A stretch of DNA of 64,000 bases from Camelus ferus (Eukaryota). Location: NCBI RefSeq assembly GCF_009834535.1, contig NC_045696.1, forward strand, positions 15,192,001 to 15,256,000, given 5' to 3'. A program made the position numbers and the translations under genes. Under the pieces are notes generated by a model. That model was not told the origin of the DNA, searched no databases, and saw nothing but the letters and a program-made list of their open reading frames with translations. This document shows positions 25,396 to 38,823 of this stretch, in pieces (position 1 is the stretch's first letter; every line of letters starts with the position of its first letter).

Positions 25396-28307
25396 TATTA
25401 AGGCAGAAGGAACCTTGAGAAGATATGTATTCTAGCATTAAATCAATATCATAAATAAAATTCCACAGGAATTAGAATTTTCCCCAGAAGCAGGGAATGA
25501 TTGGAAAACAAAGGATTATCATTACGCAAGATTTAATGATTTTTCACTGAAACAAGTACTAAAATAAGATTTGACACAGAACATTTGGAATTAGAAATAC
25601 AAAGGAAAAGATACGTGACAAAAAGCAGTATTTATTTTGCTCACACATTTCTCTAATATAACCAAAAGAAAAAAATCCTGTAATTACCTAACTTTTCCTC
25701 TGGTTGGAGACTTAAAGAAAGGCATTTCAGTGAAAAGAATGTGAAAGGGGGAAATTGTTGAACTACTTACATCATAGTTATGAGCCTCATAAACCCAAAG
25801 CCAAACTTAGAAAAGCAAGTTGCTTCATTTAATGTATGAAAATTAAAACAGCAAAAGTTAAGCCACATACCAGGAAAATGTATCACAATCTAAATATCTC
25901 AAAATAGATAATTTGAAGAGTCTAAAAGGAAAAAAAAGTATTTCAATACTTTATTCCATGTACTTTGTGTCAAAGTGATTAATGAGAATGAATGAAAAGA
26001 GATCAAATAATGACTTACTACAACTGAAATGGATACTGTGTGTCAAAAGCAAATTATAATTCAAGTCGAGGATTTACCTGATTTACTTTACAAAGGTGAA
26101 GCCAATACTTTCCTTTTTACATTAATTTAATTATCCATAAATATATACATATATATATCTCCTTTCTTGTTTCATGTGATTCCACCTTTTTGGAACTTAA
26201 CAAATTTATTCTTTAAAACTGTTTAAAATGGAAAATTGCTATATAATTTCAAAAGCCATGCAGTAGTGTCATAAAACTACTATATGCTCCTTTTCAAATG
26301 ATTTTCAGTGTGTTTTTCAAAGTCCATTTCAGAAGTCATTAAAATAAATAAGGCCAGAGCACTTTATTCCCCATGTAGAACTATTAAACTTGACTTGAAA
26401 CTTTCCAAATGAAATACTGAGCACTTCATACACTGTAAAGATTTTAATTATTTTAAATTGCATGCACTTGAGTACTTGTTTATGTTATTTTAGTTCATTT
26501 TATGATACACTACATTTCATTATTTAAAATAACATCAAAATTTTCAGAAAGAAAATTATGTGTCATGAATAATATTTTTCTTCAAGCATATACTATGATA
26601 AAACTCTAAGGTGAGTACCAAATTCTATGTGTTGTTGGATTTTTAAGATTTAGTAGTCATAATTCAAGGTAAAAATTTTTGATAAACAACAATGCCTTTG
26701 AAAGAGGGACATAGGAAGGTTAAATCATCCTAGCATATGTCTTCTAGTACTATTATACTCTAGGAATCTATTGAGGTTCCAAATTTACTTTTATTTTTTC
26801 AGTCTTGCAAAATATCTATGCTCCTCAACAAAGGTCATATGTTGGGCCTTTGCTTTTGAGCCTTCAGATGATCAGAGAGAATGGCAAAAGAATACCTTAC
26901 AGAGCACCAGATGCTCAAACATGCTATGTCACCTCCTTTTCGCTCCCCAACTCCTTCTTCAACTTTAAATGTCACCTAAAGTTCTTTCAGAAATTTGTTT
27001 TAGAAACCTCACAACAAAGCCAGTGAAATCATTTTAAACTTAAATCACTCCCCACTGAACCTGCAAAATACCTACTGTTTCCTTCTAGAGAGTCTCATTA
27101 TTTTTCATTTCTGGAATATCATTTATAGCACTTTTCATGGAAACTAAAAATAACCTGTATTATTATAAACAAAGAGGGGGGAGTCCCAATTTGATATGAA
27201 TTAATTATTGAGTCTAAATTGTAAATAAAAAATATTGATAAATGGCTTTAACAGACACTCTAAGTACAGTTACATAAAGTCCAAAAGTACACTCAGTGCT
27301 TTTAATGGCAAGGAAGGATTTTAGCCAAGTTCTCCTTTAAGCATAATGGACAGTTTAACGCTTCACTACCCCCTTTCCAGCTGTTAACTGCATGTTATTT
27401 TTGAAAGAGTGTTTCCTTTATCTAAAACAGTCCAAACCATTCAAGTGCACTCTCATGCTTAAGGGAGAATGATGTTTTGAGTGACCTATTTTTTAAAGAA
27501 CCTTAACTCAATTCACCATCCAAAAAAGGAAAAATTTTATAGGGTTATATGCAAATAGTCTCATCTAGATTTTTTTTCCCTAAAATTCTAAACATCAAAC
27601 AAAAAGGCAAAAATTAAGAAGGGCTTTGTTTTACAAATACATAAAGGCTAGATCATCACATAGATCACAGGAAATTCAGTGATGCTATGAGGGAAAAATC
27701 TATTCATCATTTTTAGTGATGAGCTCTGAAGGAGATCACTTTCAGGTTGATACTAACAAAATTTCAACAAAATGTGACATTAAGAAGGCTAGTGATAAAG
27801 AAGTCCATCATCAGGTCATCTGGATTCCTTAATTTTTAAATGAATAGATGTTGTATCTTTAACACTACCAAACATAAATAGAAGAATTTAAAGCTAACTA
27901 ATTATGAATAATGCTTTACTGGAGCCGAGCAGTCACTGTGAGATGGACAAGGAGAGTTCTGAAATCAAAAAGATGGCTCATCGTAAGACATGGAGATACA
28001 ACGGAAGACACGGTTGCCAATGGAAGCCAAAGAAGTTGTTTTCACTGTCTCTTGGGAAAAACCTATAGTGAGCCAAGTCCCACCCAGGATCTGTGGGCAG
28101 GGCTATTCTAAGTTGCTGGGAATCTGTCCCTGACAATTTAGGGAGGAGTAAAATACATGTGTATAAATAGCTATGATACAAGTAAACTGATACATCGAAA
28201 CTTATAAACATAATAGAAGTAAATTGTATTTATTTTGCTGGACTGCAGAGGCTGGAAACGTCCAGAAAGGTTTCTTGGATGAGGTGAGGTTTGAGCTGGG
28301 ATTTAAA

Positions 28308-28465
28308 TAGCACTTGTCAAACTCTAGTGTGCTTATGACCTGAGACTTTGTTAATACAGAGATTCTAGTACCCTAGGTCCAAATGGGACCTAAGATTCTG
28401 CCTTTCTAACAAGCTCCCAGGTGAAGCCATTGCTGCTGGTTCTGAGACCACGCTTTGAGGAGCAA
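28308..28465 (+). mobile_element. MER5A hAT-Charlie MITE, inside an L2 fragment
   Basis: GATTCTGCCTTTCTAACAAGCTCCCAGGTGAAGCCATTGCTGCTGGTTCTGAGACCACGCTTTGAG; L2 text (GAGGTGAGGTTTGAGCTGGG ... TTGAAGGGT) on both sides. Confidence 0.85.
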
Positions 28466-28840
28466 AGACTTTGAAGGGTACATAAAATTTTATTTATTAC
28501 CTTCCCTGGGTAATAAGTGAAGATAAATACAGCCCAGGCATAGAAAGTAGTTTGAGAAAATACACAAAGGCAATAAAATGCAGTATTTACTGGGGAAGAA
28601 CAAATAGCCAGTATGGTTGTTGTGCTAAGAGGGTAAAATGTAAAACTGTTGATTCTACTCCTAATGGTCTTTTAAATCCAGTTCCACCTACTCTGTGCTG
28701 TTTCTTCAATTTATACCTTAATCATCTTTTACCTGAGTTATTGTTAACAATTATTTAACTTGAATTCCTTCTCCCATCTTCTTTCTCCTAAAATTTATTC
28801 CTCATAGTGTTGCTAGCATTGTTATTTTTTAAGTGGCAGT

Positions 28841-29007
28841 TTTTATTTATTTTTATGTATGTATGTATGTATGTATGTATGTATGTATGTATGTATGTAT
28901 TTATTTATGGGGCTTATTCATTTGTTTTTTAATGGTGGTACTGGGGATCAGACCAGGACCTCTTGTGTACTAAGCATGCTCTCTATCACTGAGCTCTACC
29001 CAACCCC
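28841..29007 (-). mobile_element. Camelid-type tRNA-derived SINE (Vic-1-like)
   Basis: Minus strand reads GGGGTTGGGTAGAGCTCAGTGATAGAGAGCATGCTTAGTACACAAGAGGTCCTGGTCTGATCCCCAGTACCACCATTAAAAAA then an A-rich tail; tRNA-like head with degenerate A/B boxes. Confidence 0.85.
28855..28900. repeat. (ATGT)n tetranucleotide microsatellite, about 11 units, in the SINE tail
   Basis: Direct read, uninterrupted. Confidence 0.95.
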
Positions 29008-29377
29008 AGGAACCAACCGTTGGCTCTCTAACTCTTGTCAAGTAAAGTACAAATGCTGGGGCATAGCATACACCATGAGCTAATTTTTCACTCTAGCATT
29101 CTGGAGTTTCATAATCTACAGCTATCCCTGTGGACCACACCATAGCAATGCCAAGTGACAGTTTTTTTAATGAGTCCCGTGATTTCACACAACTAAATAT
29201 CTGCACATGCTATTTTTTCAGCCTGAAATACACTTGCCAACTCAGATAATTCTATTCATTCTCCAATATGAAGTTCTGTTTAATATTCTTATCCCTCTCC
29301 CGTGCTCCCTTCCTCTCTTCCCTGGCCCTTTGTAGGAAGACTGATTCACTTTCTCCTCTGTTCTTCTCTTGTTTTGA

Positions 29378-29510
29378 ATCATGGATGCATTTATTCAAAA
29401 ATACATTTTCTGAGCACTTGCTTTGAAATAAGAAAGCTAAGTCCGCAGTCTTCATGATGCTTAAAGTCCATTGGGGGAATGCAGGTACTAAACAAATGAT
29501 TGCATGTGTG
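29378..29510 (-). mobile_element. L2 3' fragment
   Basis: CATTTATTCAAAAATACATTTTCTGAGCACTTGCT...GTCTTCATGATGCTTAAAGTCCATTGGGGGA. Confidence 0.6.
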
Positions 29511-29548
29511 TTATTCTTGGGAAAAGACAAATAAGTTCAGCTTTCCTG

Positions 29549-29569
29549 AAAAAAAAAAAAAAAAAAAAA
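29549..29569 (+). repeat. Poly(A) run, 21 nt
   Basis: Direct read. Confidence 0.9.
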
Positions 29570-29719
29570 GAGGGATGGTCAAGAAACACTGACCCTGTAT
29601 CCTTTTGTGGAAAAATCAGCCAAAGCTGACAGTGATGGTCCCCTTTGAGAGGATATCACTTGCTCTCTAGTTCTCAGCACATTCCTGTGTCAGTCTGGGT
29701 TTTGCCACACTTGTGTTCA

Positions 29720-31500
29720 TGACTTCTTTTTAAAGCAAGAGAGTGATACAGTCAAATTTCATGCTTACAAGTTCATTGGCCAAAAGTATAGAGAATAAGT
29801 TGAAAGGTGACAAGACTTGATACAAGGTAACCCATTATGAAAACATTATTGCAATAGTCCTGGAAATGAATGAAATTGGCCTAGACTGAGGATGGGGTGA
29901 GTGAGGATAGAGACAAATGGGTTAATTACAAAGATAGTTACATTGTAGGTTAACGGTATTTGCTAATTGCTTATGGAGCATGATATGAATGGAGAAGTAA
30001 AGAATGACCCCTAGAATTCTGACTTGAACAACAGGTACCTGCTGGTCATAAATCAGAAACAAAATATAAAATACCAAGGGTTATGAAGCAAGTTAGAGAT
30101 CATAGGTCTAGGTTTGTGCATATAAAGTTTGGAGCATCTGTGTGATATTTGTATAGGGATGGAGCTAAGAAAATATGCCTGGGACTAAAAAAAGAAGTTA
30201 GGCTGAGAGATGTACATTTGGGACTTGCCAGCATATACATGATAATCATATATATTAATGCAAGAGGATGAGACCACAAGGAATTAGGTTTAAAATAAGA
30301 AAAGAAAAATGCTTAAGATATCCAACATTGAGTAATTGTATGACAGGAAGGCAAGATGGCCTGAAAGACTCAGAAAGAATGAAAGACTCTTCCTCTAAAA
30401 GAGACAGGAGGAAAACCAATTTTAAAAAATTCCAAAGAAGGTAACTGTTTCAAGAAAAAGGGAGCAGTGAATAAAAGATCCAATAAGCTGCACTCAAAAA
30501 GTTTCCAATGGAGTGTTGACATGGAACTAACAGATCCTATTAGTGAAAGGAGTTTCTGAGGAGATGTTAGCATAAACCAGTTAGAGAGGGATGAGAAATG
30601 GAGGGTAACAAAGACAGAGATGCAATAAGCATAGACAAATGTTTTTAAAAGGGGCGTATAAAAAGAAAAGTGGGGGAAAGGTAGTCAAAGTGTGAAATAA
30701 AATTTATATTTATGGTAAGAGAAAAAAGATTTCAACATGAAAAAAAAATTATCTACTCTTTGGCCTCCTCTCTCGTCTCTACTATGCGTGGTGTATTCAT
30801 ATGATGCATCACCAAACCTCCCTCCCCATCAGCAGAAATACCTGCTCAGCCATAAAGACCAACGTTCTCCCAGCACCAACGAGACAACTCCTTAAAGATA
30901 ACATTCCTTCTTGATCTCGTCAGGGACCACAATGATCCATGACCCATGACCCCACTACTTCCTAGACTGTATAAACTGTTGATAATATATCATTTAATAT
31001 ACAGTCTTCTGTCTCACAAACTTATAACTGTGCTTTGAGTTCTAAGGGGAGTTCTAACAGTGCTCAGAGCTTTCTGAGAAGCTGTTCCTGCGTTATAATC
31101 CTCAATTTGGCTCAAAAAGAATTTTCAATTTCTTCCTTAGATCGACTAATTAATTTTTTTCATTGATAAAAGGCTAGAAGGAGAAGCAAAAGATGAAATG
31201 TTAAGATGGATGGTGTTGGATGCTTAGAGACTGGAAAACTAGCAGATGCTAGACAGAAAAGGAGCAGACATAAAGACATGTCATAATGACCCAATGAAAA
31301 CTAGAGGGGCTGGGAGAAAGGAGAGATCAGCCTTAGATAGCTTAAGGGTATGATGACCCTATTAAGACCAAAAATCAGGAAGACTGGATGGCTGCAGACG
31401 CAAACATTTTTATAGAGTGAGATGTTCAGGCAATTAACTGTGATGGCTTCAGTCTTCCCTATGGGATGTGAAGGAGGTGATATCCTTAAAACGAGGGAAG
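29720..31500 (-). mobile_element. Long L2 segment interrupted by an ERV LTR
   Basis: TTTTAAAGCAAGAGAGTGATACAGTCAAATTT...TATTGCAATAGTCCTGG...AAGAATGACCCCTAGAATTCTGACTTGA; L2-like text resumes after 31170 (GATGGCTTCAGTCTTCCC). Confidence 0.7.
30738..31168 (+). mobile_element. ERV1-class solo LTR (family uncertain, LTR39/MER34-like)
   Basis: Compositional break inside L2; TATA-like AAACTTATAACTGTGCTTTGA, then GAGCTTTCTGAGA...TTATAATCCTCAATTTGGCTCAAA and a U5-like end; 5' boundary uncertain. Confidence 0.6.
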
Positions 31501-31510
31501 GAAGAGAGAT

Positions 31511-31662
31511 AGTAATGCTTCTCAAATGTGGTTCATCCTCAGAGTAGAGTCAGTTAGGATCCAAATATGAGAGCTCTGTGTGAATTAATGAAATACCAGC
31601 ATCTACATTTTAATACACTACTTCAAATGCCATTTAAACACATTGAAGCTTGAAGATCACTA
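31511..31662 (+). mobile_element. MER5-like MITE
   Basis: Terminal motifs AATGCTTCTCAAATGTGGT ... ATCTACATTTTAA ... CACATTGAAGCTTGAAGATCACT. Confidence 0.55.
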
Positions 31663-33589
31663 ATACAGGAGAAAGAAATAAATGAGTTGTTTTATTCAGA
31701 GATTGCCTAATTTTCCTCAGAGAAGAGCCCAAAGATATTCTTTTGAACTTCAGGCCTCAGATCACTCATCTCTCTTTGTTTCCTTGTAAGTAGGGATCTT
31801 TGTTTCCTTTCCAGATTGTGACATATGCTTTCCAAAAGTGGTGAGTCCCTCAGCCAATCCCTGATGGCTGCATGCCCCACTGTGAGCTGGTAATTAACCA
31901 GGATCCACCCAGGGAGGCACCCTTCCTTCACATCTCAATGACCAGCTACTAAAAGAGAGTCTGAATGTCCTTTCCTTTCTCTTCTTCTAGTTCTTTTATG
32001 GTTTTATCATTATGATTTTTAAAGAGATGGCTAGAAGGAATATATTGTAAGAAAGATTGGATAATGTTCATATGATGCCACTTTGTCAGCAATGAGTTAT
32101 CTATGAATGTCAATTATTTAGACAACTTGCAGTTTATTATAAAGGTATGGGTGAAAAGTTTAAAAAGCATTATTTTAAAATTAAAACTAAGCTGCTTAAA
32201 TTTCTCTTTTCTTCTAAAAATAATCAATTATTCACATACTTATTAAGAAATGGTTTACTGTTATGCTTTTTAAAGTTGTTTTCTTCTATTTCTTCCTGAT
32301 CATTTGTTCGTCTTCAGAAAGAAAGTAGAAGCAGGATTGCCATGGGATTATTTTTACCCCACTGAGAATTGAAAGAACAATATTAGGCCACAATATTTGT
32401 GGGTCAAATTCTGTGGGAGTAGTCAAGGCTTGCTTGTGCTATTTCATTTATGTTCTCTACAGGGCTTGCAATAATTCTACATAAACTCTAGATCTTTGAG
32501 AAAGATTGTCAGATAATTAGTATGAGGGAATTACTCATTCTACATATATTCATTAAGTATCTACAGAGTGTCTGTGATAGTCTATAGGGCTAATGACCAC
32601 CTGGTGAAGGGTTTAAGAGATTGAACCACACCACAGTGCAAAAGGTGCTCAGTTTTTGGTGGCCTCACCTTTGAATAACATCTAGTTGGAGAAATTGACC
32701 ATATGTTATCACGTGACAAATTGTAGTGTGGGGATGTCCCAAGGCAGCAACGGTGGTAGAGGTAGTGGCTGGATCCTGCTGAGCTCCCTTGGTCAGGTAA
32801 AAAGAACTGAAGCTTGTTCACCTTCACAGTGACACCTCCAAATACAACCCTTCACCTACTCCAACCATGCTTCGAGGGTCCCATGTTATTTCTCCATGTT
32901 CTCATTTCTTTCCCACTTGTACCAAAGATCTCAGGAGCAGGAAAATGTACAGGGTTCTGAGAGGGCTGGCTGGGCAGCCTCATCAAAGGATGAGCCCTGC
33001 CTGAGATGGGTATGGGTGAGAAAGATAAAGGGTTTTATATGTGTCTATTCATATTTTCATATCTACTATCTCTATCTCTTGTTCTAGAGACAAAGGGAAA
33101 TTAAGTTCTTAGATGTAAAAGGAGAGAGCTTTTTAATAATACAGCCTGGAATCAGTGACATAAACATGTAAGAGGCAATGCCTCATGGGAAATGAGCTTA
33201 TTTGCATAAACTTCCTGAATCCTAAGGGTACCTAACTTGACAAAAGCCACTTGTCTGGCCCCAGAATTGTGCAATTTTCATTTCTCTCTCATTTTGTATC
33301 ATCCAGTAGAGGCAGTGCTTCATCAAACTGTAAATAAAAAACTGTATAAAGTGTGTGTGTGTGTTTCATTTCTTGGATCAGAAGTCTCCCTCATAAAAAT
33401 TCCAGAACATTAACTCATCAGGTACCAAACTATTCCTATCTCTAGTCAAACTGTTGGAGTTAAAATGGACTATCAGATGGCAAATAAATACAGGAAAACA
33501 AAGATAAGAACTTCTTAAGCAGGATAAGATAGCCACCTCAAACAATGACAATAGTAATTCTTTATAATATAAGAGTATTTAGCTAAGGT

Positions 33590-35490
33590 ATTTACAGAAG
33601 CTTAATTGAAGTATAATTGTCATAAAAAGAACTCCACATATTTAATATGTACAATTTGATGAATTTTGACATATGGAAATACTCCTGATGTCATCACCAC
33701 AATCAAGGCAACAGACATAGCCAACACCTCCCAAAGTTTCCTTTTGTCCCCCGCAACTTTGTTTTTGGTAAGAACACTTAAGGACACATGGGAGGGCAGA
33801 ATATGAAATTTACTGTTAACAAATGATGAAGTTCATAATACTTTATTAGGCATTATATTGTACACCAGGTCTCTAGAACTCATCTAGCAGAACTGAAACT
33901 TTATAGTCATTGTACCACTCCCCATGTCTCCACCCCTAAGCCACAGAAACCACTATTATATTCTCTGCTCCTAAGAGTTTAACTTTTAAATACCTCATAT
34001 AAGTGTATGTAATATTTGTCTTTCTGTGATTAGCATAATATCCTCCAGGTTCATGCAGGTTGTCACAAATGGTAGGATCTCCTTCCTTTTTAAGGCTGAA
34101 TAATATTCCATTGTATATATATCCTACTTTTTCTTTATCCATTTATCTGTCAATAGATATTTGTGTTGTTTTTATATCTTGGCTATTTAAATCATTCGCA
34201 ATGGCTGTGGGAATAAAGTTACCTCTTTGAGATACTGATATCAATTCTTTTGGATATATACCCATAAGTAGACTTACTAGACCAAATGGTAGATCTATGT
34301 TTATTTTTTTGAGGAAATTTCATACTATTTTCCATAAGCTGTTGCACCATTTTACATTCCTATCAGCACTGTACAAGGGTTTCAATTTCTCTACATTCTT
34401 TACAAAACTTGTTATCTTTTGGAATTTTTTGATCATAGCCATCCTAACAGGTACGACAATGTGTTATGGTAGTTTCAATTTTCATTTCCCTGATTATTAA
34501 AGGCACTGAATTCCTTTTCATGAACCTGTTGACCATTTGTATGTCTTCTCTGAATAAATGTCTCTGTAAATTCTTTGCCCGTTTTCAATCAGGTCATTTG
34601 GTCTTTTTGCTGTTGAATTGTAGGGGTTCCTTATATATTTTAAATAGTGATTCCTTATCAGATAAATAGTTTGCAATTTTTTTTCCCATTTTCACTCCAA
34701 AGTCTGCTTTTGCATTAGGTCAACTGTTTCCTTTGCTGTACGAAAGTTTTTTCAGTTTGATGTAGTTCCCTATGTCTATTTTTGTTTTTGTGGCCTAAGA
34801 TTTTGGTTTTATATCTAAGAAATCATTGTAAGACCATTGTAAGAGGCTGTTCTTCTATATTTTCTTCCATCAGGTTTACAATTTCAGGTCTTATATTTAA
34901 GACTTTAATCCATTTTGAGCGCTCAAAATGTGACATCTTTGGCTTTATTCTTATTTCTCAAGATAATTTTGAATATTCTGGGTCTTTTGTGGTTCCATAC
35001 AAATTATTTTTTTTCCTCATTTCTGTAAAAAATGCCATAAGGATTCTGATAAGCATAGCACTGAATCTGTAGATAGCTTGGGGTACAATAGACATTTAAA
35101 AAATACTAAGTCTTCTGATTTATAAACACATGACGTCTTTTCATTTACTTGTGTCTTCTTAAATTTCTTTCATCAGTGTTTTGTAGTTTTCAGTGTACAA
35201 GTCTTTTACCTCTTTGGTTAAGTTTATCCCAAAGCATTTTACACTTTTTGATGCTATGAAAATGGAAATTTTTTCATAATTTTTATTTTGGATTATTGGT
35301 TGTTACTATATAGAAATGCAACTGTTTTTTAAGTTAATTTTGAATTCTGTAATTTACTGAACTAATTTATTAGTTATAACAGGCTTTGTGTGAGAGTGTG
35401 TGTCATTAGGGTTTTCTACGTATATGATCATGTCATCTGCATTTTAATTCTTCCTTTCTGATCTAGATTTCTTTCTTTTTTGTTCTGCCT
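33590..35490 (-). mobile_element. L1MA-type LINE (3'UTR plus decayed ORF2 3' part)
   Basis: TTAATTGAAGTATAATTG...TACAATTTGATGAATTTTGACA...TCCTCCAGGTTCATGCAGGTTGTCACAAATGGTAGGATCTCC...TATATGATCATGTCATCTGC; ORF 33936-34142 covers the L1 ORF2 end/3'UTR. Confidence 0.92.
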
Positions 35491-38400
35491 ATGCTCAAAT
35501 TTTTTTTTTTTTGCTTTTGAATATGTCATAATAATGGTAACAGATGGATTTTAGTAATTTTTAAGTAATTCACTTACGTGCTAATTTAAAAATATAAACA
35601 TACATGCCTGCACACACATATATTCACATATTCGTATCTCTATAAAATAGTAATTATTTTTCTTGAAAAAGAATCTGGTATATACAAAATTATTATAACA
35701 ATAACTCTTTGCAACTGTAATTTTAAGAATCTAGGTTTTATAAAGGAAGGATTATGGCTTGCTTTAAATAGTTAAAAAAAATCAACCAATAGAATGTTCT
35801 AATTATGGAGGAATAGATGGAGCCAAATACATTTGACAGGTGGAAGTTACTCTTAGTTATGACTGAATTAGCCACAGCTGCTTTCCACAGAATAATGCCC
35901 AAATGCTCAGTAAAATGGAGATTTAGTTTTTACCATAGGGTAATGTTGAGTAATAATATTTAAGGAGAAATGTTAATGCAAGCTAACTCCATTTGTATCT
36001 GTGCACTAAAAATTCAACACAGAAAAAATGCACCATATGTGAAGGGAATTACGTACGTGACCTCCCAGAGTTATTCTAGGGGGCTACATTTCATGGAACA
36101 TGGACACTTTCCATAAATCCTGATATTTCTCCAAATTGCTTCATACCCTGTAGATAGTTATACCTAGGGACCTGGGCATTAACTAATAATTGAATTAAAT
36201 ATAGCTCAGGTTCAATAAAAGAACTGGAGATTTGCCTTTTTCTTTTAGAACTAATAAATTTAGTACAAACCCATGGTATTCACAGTGACAAATGGATATA
36301 TTTATTTTGGGCATGTGGCTTCATTTTTCTCCTGATTGTCTTCCAAATACTCAAAATTATTACAACTGTTAGTCATGTTTAATCACTAGATGTTTAATGG
36401 CATTATCATTTACGGCCTTGTGATTTTATAATGAAAGCATTAGCTATTACATAAGAAAGAATAGGCCAAATACATTCAGTGAAAACAATGTTTAGATATC
36501 CTTATGTAATGTAACTATGGAATTAAAATTTAATGTATCAGTTTGAACTTCACACAGTTTGAATCACCATGAAATAGCCCCTTGAAGCTTAAATTATATT
36601 AAAAGATTGCTTTCTTTGATCTCATGCAGATCCAAATGTTCTCAAACCTGGAAAAAGCAGAAGATGGAAAAATTCTTCCAACCAAGGAAACCTAGTATGT
36701 TTCCTATTTAAAATAACATTATGTTTTTAATCAAATGAAGGACAGTGAAGGGTAAGTGTGAACTGAACATATCTTATTTTATGGAATTAAAAACCGAAAC
36801 AAAACTCCATTTGTTCCTCTCCATGTAAGAAGCACTTAGGCCAGTGATGATGGTTGCATGCCCTGTCTGGAACCCACAGCTCTATCTAGGATGCCTGGTG
36901 CCACAAGAGGTTTACAGTAAGGTCCAGGGGCCTGAAGTAACAATAAACTAAAGAAGCAGCCTCTTTACAAAGCCTTTTTGGGAACTTAGAATCCTGGAGT
37001 CAGTGTTTCTCATTGTTACAGCCTGAATCCAGTGATAACCAACAATAAATAGTTTGGATTCATTGGGAAGCCGTATCTGCTTTTTCTTGATGCATGAGGA
37101 GAAACTAAATATGCCTTTATCTTTGGTGGATCTGATCAGTTCTGAACTTTCACACACAAATATGCTTATTATGTCAGCAATGCAGGAAATGCTATCCAAA
37201 TTCTAATAATACTTTCCAGGTTTACAGTTTAACATTGACACCACTCATTCATGGATTATGCTGAAAATTTTACTATTCTAATTCATGAATCAGGAATCAA
37301 GGCTGAAATATTTTGAATTCTGATTTTTGGACCATATAGATCCATTAAAATATAGAGAAATAAAAAGATGAAAATATAGAGAAATAAATGTTTCCAAAGT
37401 CATATTACGTGTGTTGATCGACTTGGGGGATTATTTTCCAGGGATTTTTCTAAAGCTTTTAGGCAAAAATCATTTAGAAATATTTTAAGAGTTAAATATC
37501 TACAGAGATTTCTATGCTTGCAAAGAATTTTGCACTAGTCCCCAACCTTTTACTAAGTCATTAAACCCTCTTTAGCCATAAGATGATTTTACAATAAAAC
37601 ACATATTTTTACACACACGCACACTCTCACACACACTTCTACTCCAACGTAAGCTACTAATTCCATTCTGTTGTACAGAGAGTTTCAAGGAAGAAAAGGG
37701 ATTCTAACTTTTGGCTTCTAAGTTTTGTTCCAAACAAACAAACAAACAAAAATCAGAATCAATGGCACAGATAGGAAATCTACTGGCAGTTTCTGCTCCA
37801 AGATTGTATCAGCCCTCTCCACCACACCCAAGGAAATGCTATTTCCTTCATGCCTGGCATAAAGAGGCCCATTCATGGTTCAGGATTTAATGGAACTGGT
37901 GACGATCTCATTCATAGGACGGATCGAAGTCCCCTGATGCATGAAACAAATGTACTGCTCTTGAAGATCTATATTCACATCCAAAACGGTTGTAAAAGGA
38001 GACCTTCTCTCTCTTCCTCAAGGACAAATAAGTGCAGAATCAGAAAAGTTCAGGACACATCGTGATATATTTCATCGACAATACCCTCCTCAATAATAGA
38101 ACACAGCATGGGCACGTTAGGAAGTTGTGTTATGAAAACCCTCAGCTTATTTTTTAAGCTACACATTTCAGAGAGTCAAAAGCTACCAATGTTTTAATAA
38201 TCCTATTTCTGCCTTCCCCCAAAAAAGTATTAAAGTATTCTTAATAAACTAAAAATACAGTAACAAAAAAGAGAGTGAAAGAGCCAAATTGCCTTGTATA
38301 ATCCAGGAATAACTGCAAGACTGAGATTCAGTGAGATGCTGAATATCTGGGGGGCATCTTCAATGTCTGATCTGTTAGATCAGCTGACATCTGATTGGTT

Positions 38401-38649
38401 TAACAAACACATTTGAATATAAGAAAATCACTCCAGTTATGGACTATCATGATACATCTGCATGAAATGAGTACAGTATTTGGAGGTAGGTGTGGGGAGA
38501 AAAGCCTGCTTTCACTGGCTGAGTAACACAATCCTTGGCAGCACCGAAGGTCTGGAATCTACACTGAATACAGTGTAGTCAAGAATGGAAGGCTCACTGT
38601 TGGGTAGATACGTTTAGCAAGGCAGGATGCTGGGGGAGGTCCTGGTTCT

Positions 38650-38823
38650 CTGTTGGGCATAGTTGGGTTTGCATTCTGTCTCCATCAACCATCATCTTCA
38701 GTTCTTGGGCAAGTTATTGAAATGTCCTTAGCCATATTTTTCTCAACTCTAAAAAAAGGTATTAATTATACCTGTCTCACAAAGGTGTTGGGGAGAGGAT
38801 ACAGGATGGTGTAGGTAAAGCAG
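38650..38823 (+). mobile_element. MIR SINE
   Basis: TGGGTTTGCATTCTGTCTCCA...CTTGGGCAAGTTATT...ATACCTGTCTCACAAAGGTGTTG...GTAAAGCA. Confidence 0.7.

Noticed and set aside
28930..29007. tRNA gene
   Set aside because: Degenerate B box and an attached A-rich tail indicate a SINE head, not a tRNA
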